This document shows, in pieces, positions 11,159 through 18,375 of a DNA stretch of 35,104 bases. The notes beneath the pieces are model-generated. The model made no database searches. It was not told the origin of the DNA and saw nothing but the letters and a program-made list of their open reading frames with translations. This DNA is from Ghiorsea sp. Its GTDB lineage: Bacteria; Pseudomonadota; Zetaproteobacteria; Mariprofundales; Mariprofundaceae. Each line of letters begins with the position of its first letter. The stretch's first letter is position 1. The stretch covers positions 1 to 35,104 of the forward strand of contig JAUZQX010000141.1 of assembly GCA_030950765.1 (NCBI GenBank). Direction: 5' to 3'. A program made the translations under genes and the position numbers.

Positions 11159-13234
11159 TCACTCTCCTGTATGCTGTATTTTCTTCAATGCAGCACTGGA
11201 TTTATTAAGTTTATCTAACGTCTTTGAAGACATGTCCATCAAGCCTGAAATATCCAAAATAAGCGACACCGTTCCGTCACCCAAAATAGTTGCGCCTGAC
11301 AAACCTTTGACACGTTCATAGTTGGTTTCCAAGCTTTTAATCACCACTTGCTGTTGACCAAGCAAATCATCCACCATCAAACCAATACGTTTATCTGCCC
11401 ATTCCACAATCACCAGTAACTTGCCATGAAGTTCTGTGTTTCCTTCACCATCATTGGTGGAAAACAGCTGCGATAAACTGACAATCGGGATATACTCATC
11501 ACGTAAGCGATAAACTCTTGTATCTCCCGCCAAGGCACTAACACTCTCTTTACGCATTTGCAGCGACTCAACAATGCTTGCCAAGGGTAATACATAGGTC
11601 TGACCATCCACTTGAAGCAGTTGACCATCTAAAACAGCCAAAGTAAGCGGTAAACGAATGGTAAATGTAGTCCCTTCACCCAATACCGAGCGCACATCGA
11701 CATTACCACCAAGGCTTTCAATGTTTCGCCTCACCACATCCAAACCAACACCACGCCCTGAAATATCACTCAGTTTCTCAGCCGTAGAAAAACCTGCGGC
11801 AAAAAGCAACATGAACACCTGTTCATCACTCAACGTATCGGTTTCTTTAATCACACCTTTTTTCACTGCTATATTAAATAATTTATGCCTATCCAGACCT
11901 CGCCCATCATCAGATACCTCGACAACAATGCTGCCACCTTGATGAAACGCTCTAAGACGCACGTAACCCTCATCATCTTTACCTGCAGCAAGGCGCTCCT
12001 CAGGGCCTTCTAGACCATGGTCCAACGAGTTACGAACCAAATGCACCAATGGGTCGTTGATTTTCTCCATCACTGTTTTGTCCATCTCAGTGTCTTCGCC
12101 AATCAACTCCAAACGTATTTTTTTACTTAGTTTTTGGCTTAAATCATGCACCATGCGAGGAAAACGGTTAAAAGCAAAAGAAATGGGCTGCATACGTACG
12201 CGCATCACAGCCTCTTGGATCTCACGTGAATTACGCTCCAACTCTTCTAAACCTTCACGCAAACGAACCAACTTACTCATATCAAATTCTTCGCCAAGTT
12301 GCCCCAGCATCGATTGGGTAATCACCAGTTCACCCACCATATCAATCAACTCATCAATACGATTGGTATCCACACGAATAGTTGTGGGCTGAGCAGCTGG
12401 CTTTGGGTCACCTGGGCGGCGAGGACCTTTACGTCTATCATTGCTGCGCCTGTCTTCTTGCGCCCCCGGCACTCTGCGGTCGCCAGCACGCCTATCTGAG
12501 CGTTTCCGTTCTGGATAAATGCCCGTGATTTCTAAATCACACTCATCTTCAACCCATTCAAAAATTTCTGTAATCTGCTCTTCTTCGATATCCGTGCCCA
12601 TCAACTTGATAGACCAAGACAAATAACAATGTTCAGAATCCATATCTGTCAACGATGGCAATTTATTGTCATGCGCCTGCAATGACATTTCACCCAAATC
12701 TTCAAGCTCCGACAGGAGTAATATTGGATCATTGCCTGTCACCAACATGTTAGCATGTGGCTTAAACTCAATATTCCAGCCTAATCTACGCTGATCTCCC
12801 TCTGTTGCATCAGCAGCTTCTTCTTTATCACTACCTTCACTGCTTTCCATGCCACAGACTTGTTCCAGTTTCTTTTGAAGCCCCTTCATATGTTCAACGT
12901 CAGGTTCTTCATTGTTTTGGTATGCACTCATCAAACTGCGCATTTCATCTACTGATTCTAAAAGAATATTAACCACGTCTGCATCTGCTTCGCGTTTACC
13001 CTCGCGCATTTCATCCAACAACCCTTCCATGATATGGGTGAATGATGCTAATGCCGTAAAACCAAAGGTTGCGCTACCCCCTTTAATCGAATGGGCAGCA
13101 CGAAAAATATCGTTCACAACATCAAGGTCTGTACCCCCATCTGTCATACCCAAAAGCCCTGTCTCCATGGTATCTAAACCTTCAAAACTTTCCTCATAGA
13201 AAATTTGCTTGAATTGATCGAGGTCAATACTCAT
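11159..13234 (-). CDS. cheA: Chemotaxis histidine kinase CheA
   Basis: Hpt IFRAAHSIKG, P3 TIRVD...VGELVI, P4 PLVHLVRNSLDHG/DDGRG/SGRGVGLDVV, P5 GATILGDG. Confidence 0.98.
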   Translation of the reverse strand: MSIDLDQFKQIFYEESFEGLDTMETGLLGMTDGGTDLDVVNDIFRAAHSIKGGSATFGFTALASFTHIMEGLLDEMREGKREADADVVNILLESVDEMRSLMSAYQNNEEPDVEHMKGLQKKLEQVCGMESSEGSDKEEAADATEGDQRRLGWNIEFKPHANMLVTGNDPILLLSELEDLGEMSLQAHDNKLPSLTDMDSEHCYLSWSIKLMGTDIEEEQITEIFEWVEDECDLEITGIYPERKRSDRRAGDRRVPGAQEDRRSNDRRKGPRRPGDPKPAAQPTTIRVDTNRIDELIDMVGELVITQSMLGQLGEEFDMSKLVRLREGLEELERNSREIQEAVMRVRMQPISFAFNRFPRMVHDLSQKLSKKIRLELIGEDTEMDKTVMEKINDPLVHLVRNSLDHGLEGPEERLAAGKDDEGYVRLRAFHQGGSIVVEVSDDGRGLDRHKLFNIAVKKGVIKETDTLSDEQVFMLLFAAGFSTAEKLSDISGRGVGLDVVRRNIESLGGNVDVRSVLGEGTTFTIRLPLTLAVLDGQLLQVDGQTYVLPLASIVESLQMRKESVSALAGDTRVYRLRDEYIPIVSLSQLFSTNDGEGNTELHGKLLVIVEWADKRIGLMVDDLLGQQQVVIKSLETNYERVKGLSGATILGDGTVSLILDISGLMDMSSKTLDKLNKSSAALKKIQHTGE

Positions 13235-13240
13235 GATAAA

Positions 13241-13606
13241 CTACTTGAGAACCTTTTTAATGGTCATCAAAAGCTTGTCTGGGTCAAAAGGTTTAACCAA
13301 CCAGCCTGTAGCCCCAGCCGCTTTACCTTGCATTTTTTTGTCTTTACCTGCTTCTGTGGTTAATAAAAGAATTGGCGTAAACTTTAGGGCAGGAAGCTTA
13401 CGCAGCTCACCTGTCAAAGTTATGCCATCCATGTTCGGCATATTGACATCTGTAATCACCAAGGCGAAACCTTCATCTGTTTTCGCTATTTCCAATGCCT
13501 CATCACCATCATCGGCTTGAACCACTTCATGACCTTCACCCTCCAAGGTGAAAGCAACCATTTTTCGCATACTTGCCATATCATCTACAATTAAAATCTT
13601 TGCCAC
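13241..13606 (-). CDS. cheY: Single-domain response regulator CheY
   Basis: ILIVDD, ITDVNMPNMDG, LLTT and GWLVKPF motifs. GTG start after GACAGGAG; first gene before cheA. Confidence 0.93.
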   Translation of the reverse strand: MAKILIVDDMASMRKMVAFTLEGEGHEVVQADDGDEALEIAKTDEGFALVITDVNMPNMDGITLTGELRKLPALKFTPILLLTTEAGKDKKMQGKAAGATGWLVKPFDPDKLLMTIKKVLK

Positions 13607-13667
13607 TTGCTACTCCTGTCCATTCATTTCAAAACAACTTTCATATATCTTTTCTAATCAGGCTAAA

Positions 13668-13684
13668 AGCAATAGTCATGCCAA
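13668..13684 (-). promoter_or_regulatory. sigma54 (RpoN) -24/-12 promoter upstream of cheY
   Basis: Minus strand TTGGCATGACTATTGCT is GG-N10-GC and close to the consensus TGGCAC-N5-TTGCW. It lies ~60 bp upstream of cheY in the correct orientation. Confidence 0.75.
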
Positions 13685-13706
13685 CCTAAATTCAAAGTCA
13701 ATCGTC

Positions 13707-16580
13707 TTAAAATAATTCGATATCATCATCACCACTCAGTGTAATCAGCTCAACAACCTTACCTCGACTTTCTTCCCAAGCTTTCTGTGAAAACGGGTTG
13801 CCATTCGGGTTAATAATAATTTGATTTTGTCGATGACAGGTAAATGATGTTTGTCGTGGGAACAAGCTATCCAGTGCCTGCCCTAGTTTATCCACCCTCA
13901 CACAGGCCTCACTCATGGTATAACCAATCCAAATATAACCTTGCTCTCTTAAACTTTGGTATAAATGTAATGGGTTTTCTGGCAATGGCGTTGAGACTTC
14001 AAGTACCTTTAAACCCATATCCGAGTCTTCACCGGAATCAGACATCAACTTATCCAAGGTATGGCGGAAAGCACGTTTACTTTGATAATCCTCATCTTTT
14101 TCTACGGCAAACATGTGAAACGATGTATGTGCCACAAAAACACCATAAAACTCATTGGGTACGGTGACATGAACTTCAGTAGGCAACTCATATCCACCAA
14201 GCTCTTTTTGCAACAACGCTGCTTGTTCACGGTTATCCAACAGAGGGAACACCTGTGGTTTCACAGATTCATCCCGACATATCGTGGTCACATGAGATAG
14301 GACCGTAGTAATCATAGCATAGGCAGAATCATCCATACCTTTAGGTCTGGATAAAATCACATGGTTTGATTTTACAATCAAAGGCCGCAAACGTTCCATA
14401 TCATTAAAGTCCCAAGCTTCAATATGAATTGTTACTAAGTCTTCAAGACCGGGCTCTTCTGCAAGCCGCCTTCCCAAATACTCTTTTTCACTCACAATTT
14501 GCTCAGGGGTTAAGTCATCAATAATCACCAAATCCAAAGCATGATAAAAACGAAGCAAACGTTTGAGCAATAAAGGTAAACTACCCACCCAGCCCATGAC
14601 CAAGAGCTGCATTTTTTCTTCAGGCTCTTGCAATGATAAACCCAGCGCATCCAAATCTTCTACCGTAGCTTCAATAGGTTTATAATTCCCTGCCTCAGCT
14701 TCACGAATGCAATACGTTGTTTCATCATAAATTGCCATTTCACTAATCGCGATACCAATCAATGCCTGTACTTTGATGGACTCCACAAACTGATCCTCTA
14801 AGTGATACAATGGAATAGTTTCCCAATCTTCTGTAATCAGAGCAAACAGCAGCACACCACGCTCAAAGAGGTGATCTTGTAAAGAAGTAACCGCGCAACC
14901 ACATGAACCATCGGGTAAAAATAACTGCCACTGATTATTTTCATCACGTTTGAGCTCCCCACCCCAATCGACGAGGTGAATAGCAGATTCATCAGATAAC
15001 TCAGGAATCATCAAACGTTGTAAAACCTGATCAAAGTCACTGTAGCGCAAGATATTACATAAGGCTGTTGCACGAAAATCAGCTTCCGACATCACCACTG
15101 TTGGTTCATTATAATTCCCACGGTTATCCCAACCCACTTGCAGCATATGCTGATGGGTATCCAGCCTAGCATGATCCATACCTGGAATAGCAATACTCAT
15201 TCGAATACGCTTATTTTCAGTTCTCACGGCAAGCATATTATAGAAAGCATGGGATAATGAGGCAGAGGCAGCTTCTTTGGGCGGCATCACGATTAAGGCC
15301 TGTTGAGCCTCAGCAATATTAATACGTTTTAAATCTTTCGATGAATCAATCAAACCTTGGCGGTAAGTAATCCAGCTTTCATTAATCAACTCTTTGGGTG
15401 TTTCATGCGCATGATGTAATAACACCACCTTAAGACGGGTAAATGTTCTATCAGATATAATTCGCAACTGATCCAAGATATAAGGTGATGCTGGCGACCA
15501 GCCCAATACTGCCAAATGATTCTTCACCAAGAGGTCTTCATTCCGTAAACGGCGCATCAAACCTGATACAATATTTGCCCCAATACCAATGAAGAAGGCA
15601 AAAATGAATACCCCCATGATTACAGCTGTAATAGAAAAAACAGCAACCGCCATATTATCAGGGTATATCACTGAGTTCCCAGGGTCAGTCAGTAAGCGGA
15701 AAGCAAACCAAATAGCAGCCAGCATCTCACTTTCCACAGGTTTGTTATATAAACCCATGGTATAATCAAAATCTGTAAACAGCATAGTTGCTAATACGCC
15801 GCCACCAATGGATAAAATCGCAAGAAACAGTACAATTAAGTTAATTTCTTGCATAAATTGACCTTCACGCAAAACATCTTTCAAGTTTCGAATAATAATA
15901 CCCCAAGGTCTTAACAAACGAATCAAACGTAATGACCTCAAGGCTCCGCTATAAGCAAACCCTGCAATAAATGGCAACATGAAAAGCGTGGCAACCAAGT
16001 CCACATACCAGAAAATCCACTCCGTATATTTATCCCTCTTGCTCTCAAACTTCATCCCTCGAATCACGATTAAACGTAACGCCAGCTCCACGAAAAAAAA
16101 GATAATAATCGCCATGATTGTGGCACCATCTGCAAAAAATGAGACCATAATAATCAGAGAAATAACCATGCCATAGGTCGGGGAAAACATTGCACTGTGT
16201 AAGTCAAAATAACGAACAAAACGTAAAGAACGTAATAAATAAACGCCGCGCAATAAACGTGCAAGTGCTACGTCATCCGCAGGAATTTGAATATTAAATA
16301 CGGTTACAAGTAGTGATGACACCGCAATGATATCAATAATTAATAACACCAAATCGACTTTCTGGTTGGTGGAGGAACGGTAAGGATTTAATTTAATTTT
16401 ACGGCGAAACAAGGTAATGCGAGCAATAATTTCAATGGAAAATAAAATAAACAATACAGCCGATAGTATTTGATTATGAATAAAGGATAATCCAATCAAA
16501 ACCATCATAATCATACCAAAACGTGAGTGCCCCAACACTCGCTCTAAATGATGGAATTTCAGCGCCCTATCATGAACCAT
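13707..16580 (-). CDS. Ion channel: two tandem voltage-sensor-like (S1-S4) domains, CASTOR/POLLUX-like pore and two RCK domains
   Basis: S2/S3/S4 signatures occur twice: FSIEIIAR, IIDIIAV, RLLRGVYLLRSLRFVR; then FVELALR, YVDLVAT, RSLRLIRLLR. Pore region IWFAFRLLTDPGN sits between two TM helices. RCK starts NHLAVLGW (~aa 354) and QLLVMGW (~aa 658). SD AGGAGG. Confidence 0.8.
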   Translation of the reverse strand: MVHDRALKFHHLERVLGHSRFGMIMMVLIGLSFIHNQILSAVLFILFSIEIIARITLFRRKIKLNPYRSSTNQKVDLVLLIIDIIAVSSLLVTVFNIQIPADDVALARLLRGVYLLRSLRFVRYFDLHSAMFSPTYGMVISLIIMVSFFADGATIMAIIIFFFVELALRLIVIRGMKFESKRDKYTEWIFWYVDLVATLFMLPFIAGFAYSGALRSLRLIRLLRPWGIIIRNLKDVLREGQFMQEINLIVLFLAILSIGGGVLATMLFTDFDYTMGLYNKPVESEMLAAIWFAFRLLTDPGNSVIYPDNMAVAVFSITAVIMGVFIFAFFIGIGANIVSGLMRRLRNEDLLVKNHLAVLGWSPASPYILDQLRIISDRTFTRLKVVLLHHAHETPKELINESWITYRQGLIDSSKDLKRINIAEAQQALIVMPPKEAASASLSHAFYNMLAVRTENKRIRMSIAIPGMDHARLDTHQHMLQVGWDNRGNYNEPTVVMSEADFRATALCNILRYSDFDQVLQRLMIPELSDESAIHLVDWGGELKRDENNQWQLFLPDGSCGCAVTSLQDHLFERGVLLFALITEDWETIPLYHLEDQFVESIKVQALIGIAISEMAIYDETTYCIREAEAGNYKPIEATVEDLDALGLSLQEPEEKMQLLVMGWVGSLPLLLKRLLRFYHALDLVIIDDLTPEQIVSEKEYLGRRLAEEPGLEDLVTIHIEAWDFNDMERLRPLIVKSNHVILSRPKGMDDSAYAMITTVLSHVTTICRDESVKPQVFPLLDNREQAALLQKELGGYELPTEVHVTVPNEFYGVFVAHTSFHMFAVEKDEDYQSKRAFRHTLDKLMSDSGEDSDMGLKVLEVSTPLPENPLHLYQSLREQGYIWIGYTMSEACVRVDKLGQALDSLFPRQTSFTCHRQNQIIINPNGNPFSQKAWEESRGKVVELITLSGDDDIELF

Positions 16581-16588
16581 ACAATCCT

Positions 16589-16627
16589 CCTGACAACAGA
16601 TTCTAGATCTCTCAATCTGTTGTCAGG
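16589..16627. repeat. Perfect 14-bp inverted repeat in the channel 5' leader, overlapping the SD
   Basis: CCTGACAACAGATT (16589-16602), an 11-nt loop, then AATCTGTTGTCAGG (16614-16627). Confidence 0.85.
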
Positions 16628-16635
16628 TTCTTACT

Positions 16636-16652
16636 AGCAAAAAGCATGCCTG
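16636..16652 (-). promoter_or_regulatory. sigma54 (RpoN) -24/-12 promoter upstream of the channel gene
   Basis: Minus strand CAGGCATGCTTTTTGCT is GG-N10-GC with the GGCATG...TTGCT core, 55 bp upstream of the ATG. Confidence 0.65.
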
Positions 16653-16781
16653 CCGCTAATGACTTATATGTATGTATGAACCAAGGGGTAAATAATACCC
16701 AATGTTTGACTTAGCCTTCAATGAAAAAAACATGTAAACTTTTGTTAAAAAAGGGTTTATTATTAAACTTCCACCTTCACA

Positions 16782-17456
16782 TTACCAAGCCGCGTGATCA
16801 ACCACCCACACGGCATTTTCGATAAAAGTAATGGGGAAATCAGCACCGTTATTAATATCTTGAAGCACATCTTTTTTGGATGCACCCGTTGCCAAAATAA
16901 AACACTGTTTGTGGTTGTTCAAAGCTTTAAAACCCATACTTACCCGTTCGGATGGGGGTTTGGGTGAATCAAACTCTGCCACCGTCAAATCGTTGCTATT
17001 TAAGGTGTCATGGTTTGGAAATAAGCTTGCCGTGTGCCCATCTTCGCCCATCCCTAACATCACCAAATCAAAAGTTTTGATGGTGGCGATGTCTTTGGCA
17101 TAAGCTTCTGCCGCAGCTTGTGTACCGTTTGTAAAACCAATGCTATGAATGTTCTCTTGCAGAATCGCCACATGGTCTAACAAGGCATGACGTGCCATGG
17201 TTTCATTTCTATCGGGATGTCCTGATTCAAGCGCACGTTCATCACCAAACCAGACATGCACTTTCGCCCAATCCATATCGGCACCACACAATAAGCGGTA
17301 GCATAATTCAGGTGTGCTACCGCCTGCCAATACCCAGTGAAACACTCCATCTGCTTCAATCGCTTTGGCACAGGCTTGAATCACTTCATCCGCCACAAAT
17401 CGTGCGGCTGCATCACCTGTGGCGAAGTGTTTTAATGCTGTTGCATCAAAAGCCAT
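16782..17456 (-). CDS. pgl: 6-phosphogluconolactonase
   Basis: LAGGSTP, WFGDER and LGMGEDGHTASLFP motifs. Probable start ATG 17456, just after the gnd stop. Confidence 0.95.
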   Translation of the reverse strand: MAFDATALKHFATGDAAARFVADEVIQACAKAIEADGVFHWVLAGGSTPELCYRLLCGADMDWAKVHVWFGDERALESGHPDRNETMARHALLDHVAILQENIHSIGFTNGTQAAAEAYAKDIATIKTFDLVMLGMGEDGHTASLFPNHDTLNSNDLTVAEFDSPKPPSERVSMGFKALNNHKQCFILATGASKKDVLQDINNGADFPITFIENAVWVVDHAAW

Positions 17457-17457
17457 G

Positions 17458-18375
17458 TTATTTCTTTGCTGGCTTAATTTTGTGCCCACCAAAACCAGCG
17501 CGTTGTGCATTCACAATTTTACCCGCATACGCATCTTTTTGGCGGCTGCGGAAACGCATTTGTAGTGCTAAAGTTAATACAGGTGCTGGAATACCCAAAT
17601 CAATGGATTCGTTGACTGTCCAACGACCTTCACCTGAATCATCCATCCAATCGGACAATGAAGACAGTTCAACATCTTGCTCCAAAGCATCACCTGTCAA
17701 ATCCAACAACCATGAACTGACCACTGAACCATGTTGCCAAACGCGGGAAATTTGATGCATATCGAGGTCAAATTCTTCTTTGGCTTTCATGATGTCATAA
17801 CCTTCAGCGAAGGCTTGCATCATGCCGTATTCGATGCCGTTATGTACCATTTTTACAAAGTGACCCGAACCAACAGGCCCCATATGCCCCCAGCCTTTAC
17901 CATCATCTGAAGCTAGTGTGGTTAATGCTGGGGCAATCAAATCAATGGCTTGTTTTTCACCGCCAATCATCAGTGAATAACCGTTTTGCAGACCCCAAAC
18001 GCCACCCGATGTGCCACAATCAGCAAACAAAATACCTTTTTCAGCCAACTCAGCGCCACGGCGCTGGCCTTCTTTGTAGTTGGAGTTGCCACCATCAATA
18101 ATTAAGTCGCCTGACTCAACACCTGCTGCAAGCAAGTTGGCAATCGTGTCATCCACATATTCATGCGGCACCATCACCCAAATCACACGCGGTGTTGGCA
18201 GCTTGGCAATCACATCTTTTAAGTCGGATGCAGCTTGTACACGCTCAAATTCAGCTTCTAAAGCTTTGCCGGGCGTAGCATCAACATCATAAGCCACCAC
18301 TTCATGCTCAGCCTGCATCAAACGTTTGACCATATTGCCGCCCATACGACCCAAACCAATCATTGCTAATTTCAT
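17458..18375 (-). CDS. gnd: 6-phosphogluconate dehydrogenase (decarboxylating), short ~300-aa form
   Basis: IGLGRMG, IIDGGNS, GTSGGVWG, GHFVKMVHNGIEYG, DSGEGRWT and FGGH motifs. Confidence 0.95.
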   Translation of the reverse strand: MKLAMIGLGRMGGNMVKRLMQAEHEVVAYDVDATPGKALEAEFERVQAASDLKDVIAKLPTPRVIWVMVPHEYVDDTIANLLAAGVESGDLIIDGGNSNYKEGQRRGAELAEKGILFADCGTSGGVWGLQNGYSLMIGGEKQAIDLIAPALTTLASDDGKGWGHMGPVGSGHFVKMVHNGIEYGMMQAFAEGYDIMKAKEEFDLDMHQISRVWQHGSVVSSWLLDLTGDALEQDVELSSLSDWMDDSGEGRWTVNESIDLGIPAPVLTLALQMRFRSRQKDAYAGKIVNAQRAGFGGHKIKPAKK

